From: Parasitella parasitica NRRL 2501
Taxonomy: Eukaryota > Fungi > Mucoromycota
Assembly: GCA_025201805.1 (NCBI GenBank)
Contig: MU619314.1
Span: 1-64,000, forward strand
Length of the DNA: 64,000 nt
Direction: 5' to 3'
The notes below the pieces were generated by a model. That model was not told the DNA's origin and did not search any database. It was given only the letters and a program-made list of their open reading frames with translations. The translations under genes and the position numbers were made by a program. This document shows, in pieces, positions 10,759 through 24,122 of the stretch (the stretch's first letter is position 1; every line of letters begins with the position of its first letter).

Positions 10759-13700
10759 TCAAGAGGATGTTGGAAAGGTCCAAGGTATTTGATCTGTCAG
10801 GGAGGCTTTTATGTTCCAAGCCGGTATGAATGCCAATTCCGGGTTACTAGTGGTAGGCAGCATCGAAGAGCCGTATTTAGAGTACAGGTCAATGCCTGCT
10901 GAAGTGTTTTCCAGGCTATCAGTGCCTTGGTAGATTAAAAAGTTACGGTCACCTGCCTTGTGCTGTAATAAATAGTTTCCAGGCACCAACATCCTAATAG
11001 CATATAGTTTGAACCAGTTAATTCTAATTCACAATCTGATAAATGCATCTTACTTATGCAATCTTAAGAATGTATGTCGCAGCATTTCACTCTCATAAGA
11101 AGGTTTCCAATTGTCGCTCATGATATCCTTCATTTGTTTTTGATCCACTCGCACAAGCCTGTTTTTAAGCACATCAACTCTACCTTCCAATACTAAAGCA
11201 TGACCACCGATGTACGATTGAATCCACTGTGAAGCTCGCTCAGATGGAGTCAGTATCTCTTCAAACCCATCAGGTTGTATTTGATAATCCAACTTTGTTG
11301 TCAAACATACTCTCCTTTCTTTCGAGCCCTGTAGATGAGGAAAAGTGGGTTAAGCATCACAACTAAGGCACTGATTTGGCCACACTTACTGCTGCTGCTA
11401 CAAGCTCTCCATCTGCTTGGTGCCTGATAATAATATTCATATCGCCAAAGCTCCACAAATTGTACTGAAGATTTTCATCTGATTCCATATCCCAATCCTC
11501 ATTTGGTGCCGCTGCTGTTGCTGCTGCTCCATAGTTGTTGGGTGATGGCGGTCTTGACTGATTTGCTGAAATAGGGTGTTTCTTTTTCCAATCCAAGCAC
11601 AGGCTTTTAAATGCCAAATCATATACAAGCTTGTTTTTGGCACGAGTAGTTAAAGAATCTTTTGGGAAAGGCTGATCCATCACCAAAACCTTTTTGTTTG
11701 CTCCTGTATTCATGACTGAAATAGGTATACAAACCTCAGACGAAATGCTGTGGATCATTTCCACAATTGCTGTCAAACATTCAGAGGAAATCACAACGTC
11801 AGGGCGGGTATCTTTGATCAAATTAGGGATGATTGGATCGACAACAATAGCCGGTAACAGTTTTTTCTTATAGTATTGTAAATGTTCTTGCTCTTCGTCT
11901 GGCGAGTTTGTATTGCTCACGAGGTATTTTCTAAACAGGTTCATGCTTCTTGGAGTATCGTACATTTTGGAATTGCAAGGCGCTATTTGGCCCTGAGTGA
12001 ATAAACACTTCTTGAATGCTAGAATCGGTGCCTCGTTTGTTGCGTCGGGCGACATTTCAACAATGTTGAAGTACTTGTAAAATTGCTATACATCTATGCG
12101 TAAGTAGTTTACAGGTATACTTATTTGGCAATGCACAAGTTACCGGATAAGCATGGACTCGTTTCTTTTCTAATTCATAAAACTCCTTGATCAATTTTTC
12201 GACCTTTGGATCCAATGTATCGTAAACACCAGATTGGATAGCTGATCTGCACTGGTACTTCAAAAATTGTTCCTTTTCAGCCTTTACAAGAGCAGATAAT
12301 CTATCAAATTTGGCCCTTTCCTGCAATGTCAACTCTCTTCCCTTTGTGTATTCATTGGTTTTAGACGCATCTCCACAGCTAACCCTGAATCGACTTACAT
12401 TCTTCAACATTTCATTGCACTTTAAGAACTCTGCATGTTCCTGTTTCGACAATCTTGATTGGGGCCCCCTTTTAGTAGTCGTGCCATCAGTGTCATTCAA
12501 AATAAGACCTGCTGCCATGGCCGCAGCTTCTAGATCTGAAGACTCTCCGATTTTCAATTTCTGCGCTGATTGAGATTCCCGTAATATATTTGTCAGTACA
12601 GCATCTAATACTGCTGATGGAGGATTAGGCTTCTTGAGGGGCTTTGTAGAAACTGCTGGTGCAAGCACATTGGTAAGATGAGGAGCACTTGTCTCTACAT
12701 TCACTGAATTAAGAGATGAAATGGCATCTGTCACAGATGAAAGCTCTAAACCAACTAGCTCGACTGTGTTGTGGTCCATTGTACCAAAATCAGGTTCAAC
12801 AGGAGGATTTGGAGCTGCGGGTGACACTGATCGCTTTCTTTTGGCTACTACGTTGAGCTCTTCGCCTTGTTTTCTCTTACTATCTGCATCTATTCTCCAA
12901 TTCCTTTCCTTTTCAGTAATAGAAGCAACAACGTCTTGTACTTCTTTGTAGTATTCCTCGTCCTCTGGTGGGTTGACTATGCGGTTTTCCATGTAGTATG
13001 TATACTCGTCCCTTGAAAACATCAATCCATATTTTTCAAGGTTTTTTCTTCGCTCTACTATTTCTTCGGGAGTAGGATCAGGCCTAAAAGCCTTTAATGC
13101 TATGAACTCATAATCTATCGTTCTTGATAGTGGTGGTGATTGTAAAATTGGTTGCATTGCTTCTGAAGGTGTTCTTATAGATTGTTTATGTCGGTCCTCG
13201 TATTCTTCCTCTTCACCAATATCATCGTCAATATCGCTACAGTCATCGCTATCGTTATTATCATCCTCGTCATCGTCATCGTCATCGCTCTCCTCTCCTT
13301 CCTCTTTGCAGTCATCCCCTTCCTCTCCGCTTTCTCCTGAATCATCACAACTTGTTAATCCAGTATGGAATTCTTGAACCAAAAGCAGAGAATTATAGGG
13401 TTTAGCAGGTTCGATTTGTTGATACTTGGATGGCTGCATAGTTGTGTTTTCTATAGCTTCCACAGGTGTGGTACGAACCTCTGCGTCTTCAATAAAATCT
13501 TCCTCCAGTTCAGCACCCTCTTCCGAACGATTGGCTTGTCCGAGGAAGCCACTTTGACCAAAAATTACTTGGTCTAAGTTTTCATTGACGCCATGCTCAT
13601 AATTGAATGGAGACATGTTCTCTTTATTGTCGATATCCTCTTGGATTAATGATTCTGTTGAGTATCGCTGATCAACCACGTTAACATCTAGTCTTTCACT

Positions 13701-13772
13701 TAAAGAATACTGGTCGCTCTCGCCCAAAACTGTGGTGCTTGTTACCGGTTCCAAATCGTTTTGATCTTGCAT
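10759..13772 (-). CDS. ICE2/NARG2-like protein (C-terminal NARG2_C-like domain, long acidic low-complexity N-terminus); 5' end uncertain
   Basis: SRLSKQEHAEFLK; NLQYNLWSFGDMNIIIRH; TKLDYQIQPDGFEEILTPSERASQW...GRVDV; GNYLLQHKAGD. These resemble the conserved blocks of little elongation complex subunit 2. Confidence 0.7.
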
Positions 13773-15365
13773 TGTAGAGTGTGTCAATGCAGTCCTGACA
13801 GAACGTGTGATGAGGAAGAAGAGGAAGAAAAAAAAAAGCCATCACCGGAACCTTAACTTTTTAGGTGATCACAGAAGATCAACCACAAACGTAACTTGGA
13901 GCCGTCTGGAGACCTGTAGATAAAGGCATTTTTCAAAACTTCTCATTAAACTAAACAAAAATATGAACTATGACGATAAGCAATATCGTACTTTTTAAAC
14001 ACACTGGGCTGTAGGATCATGAACCGTTGTCATCCCTTATATTACATCTGTTGCATTTCCCATGCAATTTGACAAAGCTCGGTACGTTGTTTTATGCTCA
14101 AAATTACCAGCTGTTGCTTGCGATGGCACGGCCAAACTTTTCACTGATAAAAAATGTTTGACGGCATCTCAACAACAAGGATAGATAAGTCCACCGTATT
14201 TGAAATTAGTCAGCTTTCAATTAGTAGAATGTATAGCGCCTTGGCTGTCTAGGAATCACCCTGAAGGCTATGCAAAAATTAAAACTAAAATCGATTATTA
14301 GCTTTGGGACCCAAAATAGCTAGTGGCCGTATAGAACCTATTCAAGTTTTAGAATGGTGCAAATTAAATTAAGTTGATCGACGGTGATACTTCAATTACT
14401 TCATCTACTCGGGATCTTACAGAGTTATTAGACATTGCAGATTACGCCAAAAAAAAAGACTTCGAGATGATATTCTAACATATTGTTTGTATTAATTAAC
14501 TCATATTAAACTGTTTTTAAGTTGCATATCGGAATCATTTCTGCTCCTTCAAATTAAGTGCGTAATGGTAAGCTGAATTTATAGTAAACTCAAGTTTAGT
14601 AGCGTTGCATTTAATCCGAGCATTGATTGCCTCTTTCCCCTGATGCTTAATTTGAATAAGATCAAGTTGCAACTTTAGTTGAATAGACTTAATTAAAAAG
14701 ATGATATTTGATGAGAAGATAGAGATAGAAGCGCGTAATTATTATATCTTTATGATCAATATCCAATTTAGCTTCTGGTATTACAATTCTCACGTTATGT
14801 GTAATATTTTGTTATGTGAACTTGCTCATTCGTGTTTTAATGATTCACAGCGTTATGGTCAGGTTTTGTAGGTATAATGTACACTTATATTATTTGATTA
14901 CATTATTTTACTTTTATATACATAGACTAACGGGCTAGAGGGTTTCGTTTTTTCCTTAAGCAGCTGTGTTTTTGTGCTTTTTAGTTTTTTTTAGGTACCA
15001 CAACAAATTGGTTGTTGTGGCTTCATACAAATACAATTGGTAGACATCTTAAAAAAAAATGGAGTAATGAAAAGAGTTAATTGCGAAATTTGAAATTTGC
15101 TCTGCTATGCTCTCATAGTAAAACAGTAGTAGACTGGATTTGTTTGTTGATACAAGTAAGTAGGGTTCCACTTATCTGAAATTGTGATTGAAAGATCAGT
15201 CAGTATAATGTTTCAGTAAGTATTTTTTGCTATATTTTCATGGTAGCATCATTTCAGTGAATGCACTAGGTAAAAATCAAAAAGGGTAGTAGCAAAAAGA
15301 AAGCACGTGATACTATAGTAAATTAATTGTATGATATTAACATAAAATATAAAACACACAAGAAA

Positions 15366-15437
15366 GGTTTCGTGATGTAATGGTTAGCATGTAAGACTCT
15401 GAATCTTACCATCCGAGTTCGAGTCTCGGCGAGACCT
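15366..15437 (+). tRNA. tRNA-Gln (anticodon CTG)
   Basis: Acceptor stem GGTTTCG/CGAGACC, D arm TGATGTAATGGTTAGCAT, anticodon stem TAAGA/TCTTA around CTCTGAA, T loop GTTCGAGTC, downstream T run. Confidence 0.97.
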
Positions 15438-16004
15438 ACTTTTTTGCAATTTTTTCACTTCCGCTTACGTAATTTTTTTCTCGTGTTGTTAACCAGACAC
15501 TGCTCTATTCTAATACCTCTGAAAATTAAGAGAACAAGCTTTTTGAAAATAATAGTATATTAAGTGCTTAACAGACAAAGGTTACCAAAAACACCATTTA
15601 CATGCTTAATTGGTGTGTTCTCATGTATAACTATCATTTTGTATTTGTGGCAGGAGCATACCAGCAATTATTGTATATTATTATAGCAACGAAAAAAAGA
15701 ACTGATTATCAATCTTTTTTTATGGCTCATCAACCTCTATCAAACCTCTTTTCCTCTCGAGTCTTTCCACATAAACTTTAATAAAATGGGTGAGAAGTGT
15801 TGTTGAATTGTTCGATACCCTTGTCAGCAGAGTAGTCGATAGTTTATCATCCGCCAAAGATTCAAGCAGAAGATTATATGGCACCTAGTGTAATCGGATT
15901 TTGGTAGAAAGAAATGCTTCTAAATATCAGCATTGTCAGTTATGAAGTAATAAATAAAAAATAATACCTTTATGGCTGCTCTAGAAGGTGCTCATAAATG
16001 GTAT

Positions 16005-16350
16005 TGCTGGTTTATTTTGCGTCCAGCCCTCATACTACATCACAAGTGAATGAATTACTGTTGGATTCAAATAAACAATGATTTTCATGGCAGCCGTTGT
16101 CATGGCAGCCGTTCTCATGGCAATCGCTCCTGAATCGGATCTGATGGTTAATCTTGATTGAAACTAGATATCAAATCTGATTGCATCCATGGATTGAATC
16201 ATGTAGATTTGTCATTATGAATAAACAATTTTCATTTAATCAATTAAATCTTTAGCTTTGTATCTGGTAAATTTATAGCCTTTACTATTTTCCGTTTTTT
16301 ATCCTATACACTCGTCTGCTGTGCCTTCCTTTTCAAAACTTGACACAACA
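16005..16350 (+). mobile_element. Solo-LTR-like family C (copy C1), TSD GGTAT
   Basis: TG...CACAACA flanked by GGTAT (16000-16004 and 16351-16355). Shares CATGGCA.CCGTT...ATCGGATCT and TCTGGTAAATT...CTGCTGTG blocks with 28609-29086. Internal tandem CATGGCAGCCGTT repeats. Confidence 0.7.
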
Positions 16351-19300
16351 GGTATAGAATATCTACTACAATGCCTAATGAATGAATTTTAAGGATTGCA
16401 AGGAGGTAATAGTAAAGTAATAGCGTACTTTCAGTAATGATTTGGATTGGAAGATTCTCAGACTCGAACAATCTATTAAAGCTTTAGTGATAAGGTGTCA
16501 AAATTTTTGCATCTAAAGTTGACTTCGTGGCCTAAAAAGTAAATGGGTATAATTTTTTATATCTGTATATTATATTCTTCGGTCAAATCTAAAATCAATG
16601 ATTTAATCTTTTCTTCAACATGAATACATTCATTAGATAATAATTGGAAATCGATCAAGTGCATCAAATTAGATTTTCCACATAAGAACCTATAAACTGC
16701 CATCAATTTTGTCTTACGGAGCCTAATATAAAATCATCATTTTTTTCGTGGAGATACATTAGATATTAAACATGAATTTAGGAGAGCCATTAATGCAATT
16801 TTGAGCTCTTGAACTAGCCAAAAATACTACAAATGCCCTCAGTGTTTTTTATAAAAAAGGCAAATTCTCGATCTTGAAGACTCTCTCTCTTTAGCAACTA
16901 TACAAAGGGTTACATTCACCCTGTGAACACTTACAAGTGCCTTGTTGAGGGCAGTAGTCTTGTTGTCCGAAGAAAGAAAAGTTGATGTTTAAAAGCCGAA
17001 TTTCTTAGGGATATGGAAGTCTTTGACGTAATAGTCGATGAGACATGATAGACATTTAATTAGGGTATAAGCAAAAAACAGCCAGTGCCATAGTAATTCA
17101 CCGAGATATAATCGTCATTATCAGCAGATTTTTGGTTACGAGTGTGAATTCACAACCGAAATCTATAATGAATCGCGGAATTCTCCGTAGTAAATCAATA
17201 CTTGACCATAGCACAACAAGTTATCTTATGATGAAAAAAAGTAATATGATGATTCACATCCTCCTAATTTTAGAAAGTAAAGGTTTAAAATCAACACAAT
17301 AAAAATTATAGAAAATTTGATTGATCTCAATTAATGCATCACGAACGTGGTAGTAGCAGTAAACATATGATCAATACTGCAGTAAAACACAACGCCAAAT
17401 ATATCATACAATGAATTTATTGTGATTATACGCAAGAAGTATGGCATTGTAAAAACAATTGGCCAAAAATTCGACCAGTAAATTTGAATATGTTCGACCA
17501 AACATATCCATAACATACCTTACCCTATAATTTTGTGCATAAACAAAGGAGCTATCATTTAAAACGAGTTGTGCCATTCGGGAAAAAGTTAGATAATGAA
17601 GATCAAAAATAAAACATAGCAATAAAAATAGTACGGCACAAATAGAAAATTAAAAAAATCATTTGAATAACAACCAAATGTAGGGTCATTATGCATTGAA
17701 CTTACGAAAGTGTGCATTATCATGGTAATACATGCGTGAAATCATACCGAGTGTGTATTTGATCTGCAGCAATAGTTAAAGTTTTACAATTTTCTTGTGC
17801 GTCATTTCAGAAAGAAAGGCGTGTCGCACACAAAAAAGTTATGCACATTTGAGGAAGGTAGAGTGATTTTTTATCCAACAGCATGTGCACCAATGTCTTT
17901 ATTACGATTTGATCTGTTGTAATTATTGATTATCCGTTGACGGTTGAATATATGACCGCTACATGTCATACAAAATCACAAATTTTTTGATTTTGTGTAG
18001 CTTTGATTTTTTTTTCCTTGCTAAGCAACGGAAGAATAATTTTTTATATATGCCTGGCAAAAGCTTTTTCATTTGACAATAGAAAAAAAGAGATCTCCGA
18101 ATATTGCATTTTGATTGTACTTTTGTCAAACAAATCGCAAGTCGATTAAAATACCTATTTATGGGAATTAAATCACTGTTATATATATGACTACATTTCT
18201 CTTTTGGAAAGAAGATAATGATTTTGATTCGATACATTTTTATTATATAACATTACCGTATAACAAACAAATAATGTTTCAATCGATGATCCAAGAGAAC
18301 AGTGTTATGTGAGTGAATCGAGGCACGGTGTTCCAGTGATTTCTATAAAGGGTCGTGGGTTTGCTTTTTCCGTTCGCGGATTCATTACCTTAATAGAGGG
18401 CAAGATAGCCATGTCACTTCATTCGCTTAAAAGCTAATGACATTAACGGGAGTTTATTCAGCAAAGAGTGGGGCAGTAGCACCCATACTTTTTTTTTTTT
18501 TTTTTTTTTAAAAAAAATGGAAAGATGCTAAATGATGTGTGTACTCGACACTATAGAAAATTACATCATGCTATCTAACAAAATAAAGTTGCTTCTTGAA
18601 GAGATAAATAAATCATGAAACTTGTTTCCTAGTTGGTTTCCTCGGTAATCAAGCTGCTTTCTGTTGTGCTTCTCGGTATTCCATTTTTTTTGTTTTTTTT
18701 TTGCTATACAACAAAATATGCCCTACATAACCAAAGCACACAGAAAAATGACGCATGTATACATATAGTTTGAGACTTATTTGCTAAATATTATATTAGA
18801 GCGATTTAGTGAATTTCATTACTGTCTTTATTTAGTTAAAATGCTTGTTTGAAACAGCTAAAAAAATTATCTGTACTCTCAATCGTTGATATATAGAGTT
18901 GAAACTGAGATGTTAAAATAAACACCTCACAATAATACTCTGAGCAAAGCAAATTTATTCCGTATTGAAGTGCTTTTGTGTTCATTAGCTCATTAATTGT
19001 ATCAGATTTCGACTAATTTAGCTACTGATCTCAACTTTTCTTCCACTGATTTGGGCTTGAGGGTTTTTATTCCACAAACATTTGGTTTCGACAAGTAACA
19101 ATAATCCCTCAAAAATATAATCTATTTTACCGTTTTATAGCGGCGATGCTATTTGTAAGAAAAACGTGGTCGCGGACTTCACCAAATGCAGTGTATACTT
19201 GACGATAATCTGGCAGGAAATCAACGAAATCAAAGAATATGTGGTTGGAAAATCATGGAATGCTGATCTACGCTTATTTTTCTGTATTTCCCCCTATTTT

Positions 19301-20921
19301 TTTGGTATTTTTTAAGTGAACAGAAGCATCTTAATCAACAATAGAAATCCTGGAACTAGGTTTTTTTGTGTCATTGTATCGTTTTATTTTTCTCTTCTGA
19401 ACTACTACTGTATTACTCGGAAGAAAGAACACATCATCCTTCGTGACGCGTGCGAAAACATGGCCTGGATCTCATATAATTGGACGATAACCTTTGCTTT
19501 TGGCACTTATCTATGTGCAGCAAGCAATAAAAAGCAGAATCCAGTAATAACAAAAAGCAGTAGATCAAAATTGGCAAATCGCAAATAATTAATTTCCAAA
19601 CTTTCTTAATCGCCTTGTTAAATGAAGCTCCTTTTTTTTAAAAATATAAGTAAACAAAGAAATGTATATAATGAATCGAATTCGATATGCAACTTGGTTG
19701 TAAATGACTATTTCATTATTATAAATTATAATAATAGATTGACAAAAACATGTACATTTCACCAACAATTTGGGCGGCTGACCCGTCCGATTGACCGACC
19801 CGAGTCTCAAACCGAGTTCCCCCACCTGTAAACATGGTGCAATGATGGTTCAATGTTTCTCCTTTGTGAGAAAAAGATCACCTCGAAAAATCAGGATAAT
19901 CGCACAACAAATTTTGTACTCTACATGATTATTAAAATTGAAAACGCTTTGCTAAAAATAGGGGAGGAATACTCAATGGTGGCAAGTCTAAATAAATCAA
20001 ATGTTTATATATATATAAAAAAAATAGGAGATCGCTTACCAATTAGGTGGAGGGGAAAGATAGGGGAATCAGAGGGGAGAGAAGAACGAGAAAGAATGCT
20101 TCCACTTAATCAGGGGATCTTTTTGTTGGTATTCATAAGCTGATAATTTCTGATGCTATGTATTCATTCAATGGATCCATATGTATTGACATTTACTATT
20201 TCTACGGGATGTCGTATGCTTCACGAGTCATTTCTTTGGAAGCACATGCTTGGAGATTGAATCATTTGAAACTCAAAAAAGGTACAACAATTTATTTCAA
20301 CAAATGATATCTTTGATCAAGAATACAAAAAAGCGAGACAATGAAACAGAGATCGACGTCAAATAGTCAGTTTCTTTATGATTCCAACAGCAAAATAGAA
20401 TATGACGTATAGAGTGTGTATACATTCAAATCAACGGGAAAGGTGACTGACCTGGCGGGCAAAAGCGGTAGTATACAATCATACATTCAATGTTATGAAA
20501 AAACAATCATTGGTATACAGTTACATCGCCGACTTTTTTTGCTGCTAAATGCACTAGGTAGCGGTAGTATTGTAAATCCCCATACAAGCAGCTCGTTGGA
20601 TGAGGGGAGTCTATGATAAAAAAGGAAAGTTAGATTATTCTTCTTTATGAAAGAGCCAAAAAGAAGAGCCCCTGCCCGTGCTGAGATAAGTCTTGTGCAA
20701 TCAAAATAATATAAATACTTGGATTCAATCGAATCTCTTTTCTTTCTTTCTTTCCCGTTTTCTTTTGATTTCTTGTCGTTTCCAAATAACTTATCCACCC
20801 CATTCATTCCTATTTCTCTTTCTTATCTTTGTCGATTTCCATCAATTGAACAAAAAGGAGCTGACTTCGCCTCTCTTTTTTTAACACATTTACACTCTCT
20901 TTAACACAAAACTACATATAA

Positions 20922-23900
20922 ATGACAGAGAAAACCGAAACGCAAGGCGATGAGGTCATTTCTGACCAACCAGTCCCTCAAAAAGCCAACATTTCCGGCA
21001 ATCTTACATCCTTGACTGTCGAGGAACTCTACGATAAAGACAAATATGATTTATCCACCATGGAGCCTGGAGACATCTTTCAACTTTTGCAGTAAGTATC
21101 ACCCCCCCTTTTTTTTTAATTATTCTTTCTTTTCCATATCTTATATTTTTGTTATCTCCTCCTATTCAAATCTTGCCCCCTTTAAATTTTCTTCTTGTAT
21201 TATTATTTCTTATCCCCTTGCAAAAATGGCTTTCTTGATCTGGATTTTATCTCTGATCTGAAAAAAAAAAAGTGCCTTGATTTGTTTCAAAACAATTTTT
21301 TCTCGGGAAATCTATTTGATCTTTAGCAAAGGTTTATTTTTAGCCACTAAACTAACTCCAACATCTATAGAACTTCTTCAGATGGTTTGACTTCCGATGA
21401 AGCTGCTCGTCGTGTCGAAAAATTTGGTCGCAACAAGCTCGAGACCAAGGATATCAACCCTATCATGCAATTCTTGGGTTTCATGTGGAATCCTCTTTCT
21501 TGGGTCATGGAAGCTGCTGCCATCGTCTCCATCGCTCTTTCCAACGGTGATGGCAACCCTCCTGATTATCCTGATTTCATTGGTATTGTACTCTTGTTGT
21601 TGGCTAACGCCACCATCGGTTTCATGGAAGAACGTCAAGCAGGCAATGCTGTCAAAGCATTAATGGCTTCTCTTGCTCCTGAATGTAAGGTCAAGCGAAG
21701 CGGTGAATGGAAGACTTTGGAGGCTGCTGAATTGGTTCCCGGCGATATCATTTCTATCAAATTGGGTGATGTTGTTCCTGCTGATGGCCGCCTTATTGCT
21801 GCCCACGGTCAAGTATCCATCGATCAAGCTGCTCTTACTGGTGAGTCTCTTCCTGCATCGAAGGAAGCTGGTGATGAGGTCTTTTCAGGCTCTACTGTAA
21901 AGCAGGGTGAGGCCGAAGCTATCGTTATCGGTACCGGTACCAACACTTTCTTTGGCCGTGCTGCTAAATTGGTTGGTGATGCTGGCGACGATGTTGGACA
22001 TTTGCAAACTATTTTGGCCAAGATTGGTAATTTTTGTCTTTGCACCATCTCCATCTTTATTGTTCTCGAAATCCTCGTCATGTACCCCAAGTTCCACTAC
22101 AAGTATAGAACCGGTATTGATAATATTCTTGTCTTGCTCATTGGTGGTATCCCCATTGCTATGCCTACTGTCTTGTCTGTTACTCTCGCTATCGGTGCTA
22201 AGCAACTTGCTGAACACAAGGCTATCGTCACTCGTATCACTGCTATTGAAGAAATGGCTGCTGTCACCATCTTGTGTTCTGACAAAACTGGTACTCTTAC
22301 CTTAAACAAGCTGATTGTTGACAAGCCTACTATCAAAACCTACTCTGATTACAGTGGCGATGATATCATTTTGTTGTCTGCTTATGCCTCCCGTACTGAG
22401 AACCAAGATGCTATTGATTTCTGTATTGTCAACTCCTTGCCTGACCCCAAGCTGGCTCGTGAGAACATCGAAGAATTAGAATTCAAGCCTTTCAATCCTG
22501 TCGTCAAGCGCACTGAAATCACTTACAAGAATCTCTCTGACGGTGCTGTTCTTCGTGTTACCAAGGGTATGTCCCACACTATCTTGGATCTCTGTACTCG
22601 CGATAAGACTGAAGAGCAGATCAAGGCTCTTAACGATGATGTTGATGAATTTGCCCGTCGTGGTCTCCGTGCTCTTGCTGTTGCTGTCGATGAAGTTCCT
22701 TCCGGTCAAGTTGATGGCGAAGGTCTCGGTTTCCGTCTTATTGGTCTCTTGCCCATTTACGATCCTCCTAGATCTGATACCAAAGAAACTATTGACCGTG
22801 CTATTGCTCTCGGTGTCTCTGTCAAGATGATTACTGGTGATCAACTCGCTATTGGTAAGGAAACTGGTCGTCGTCTCGGTATGGGTGACAACATGTACTT
22901 GTCCAAGACTTTAAAGGATGGCCCTCCTGCTGGCTCTGGCTACTCTGATGTTAACGAAATGATCTTGCACTGTGATGGTTTTGCTGGTGTCTATCCTGAA
23001 CACAAATATGAAATTGTCGAACGTCTCCAAGCTATGGGTCATATGACCGCTATGACTGGTGATGGTGTTAACGATGCTCCTGCTCTTTCAAAGGCTAATG
23101 TTGGTATTGCCGTTGCTGATGCCACTGATGCTGCTCGTTCTGCTGCCGATATTGTCTTGACTGAACCTGGTCTTTCCGTCATCATCGAAGCCATCATCGG
23201 TTCTCGTCAAATTTTCCAGCGTATGCGTAACTATTCCATCTACACTTGTTCTGTTACTATTCGTGTCGTCATTGGTTTCGCTATCCTCTGTTTCGCTTTC
23301 CAATACAACTTCCCTCCTTTCATGGTCTTGATCCTTGCTATTCTTAACGATGGTACCATTATGACTATCTCTACTGATCGCGTCAAGCCCTCTCCCTATC
23401 CCGATTCTTGGAATTTGAGAGAAATCTTTACATATGCTATTGTTTACGGTCTTTACCTTACCGTTTCTACCGTCGCTTTCTTTGCCGTCATTATCCAAAC
23501 CAATTTCTTTGAGTCTCACTTTAGTCTTCCCCACGTTTTCAACCCTGAAACTGGTGTCGAAGAGAAGTTTGTCAACAGCGGCATCTACCACTCTGTCATC
23601 TATCTTCAAGTCTCTACTATCTCTCAAGCTTTGATTTTTGTTACCCGTTCTCGTGGATTCTTCTTCTCTGAACGTCCTTCTATTATGTTGATGTGTGCGT
23701 TTATCATTGCTCAGTTGGTCGCTACCTTCATTGCTGTATATGCTGACTGGCCCTTCACCAACATTGCTGGCTGTGGATGGCGCTGGGCTGGTATTGTTTG
23801 GGTCTGGAACATCGTTTGGTTCATCCCTATGGATTTCATCAAGTTCGGTATGCGTTACGTCTTCGAACCAAAGAATGACATGAAGAACACCAAAACTCCC

Positions 23901-24122
23901 ATGGCTGGTCAATCCCGTCGTGCATCTGCTATTTCCGGTACTTCTTCTGCCAGATACTACGCTAACCGTACTAGGTCCCTCAGATCAATGGAGCGTCCAC
24001 AAAACTTCGCTTCTAAACTCTTGGGAAAGAGTGGCAAGAATTTGGATCCCAAGGAAATGCGTCGTCTCTCTTCTGTTCAAACCAACCACGCTGCCCAAGT
24101 CTTGTCTGGAAGCAACAACTAA
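20922..24122 (+). CDS. PMA1: Plasma-membrane P3A-type H+-ATPase (exon 1 20922-21091, exon 2 21371-24122)
   Basis: [23 protein letters not shown], phosphorylation site [22 protein letters not shown]. Strong codon bias typical of high expression. Confidence 0.97.

Noticed and set aside
23088-23912. 274-aa antisense ORF and other antisense ORFs inside PMA1
   Set aside because: Expected by-product of strong codon bias on the sense strand.
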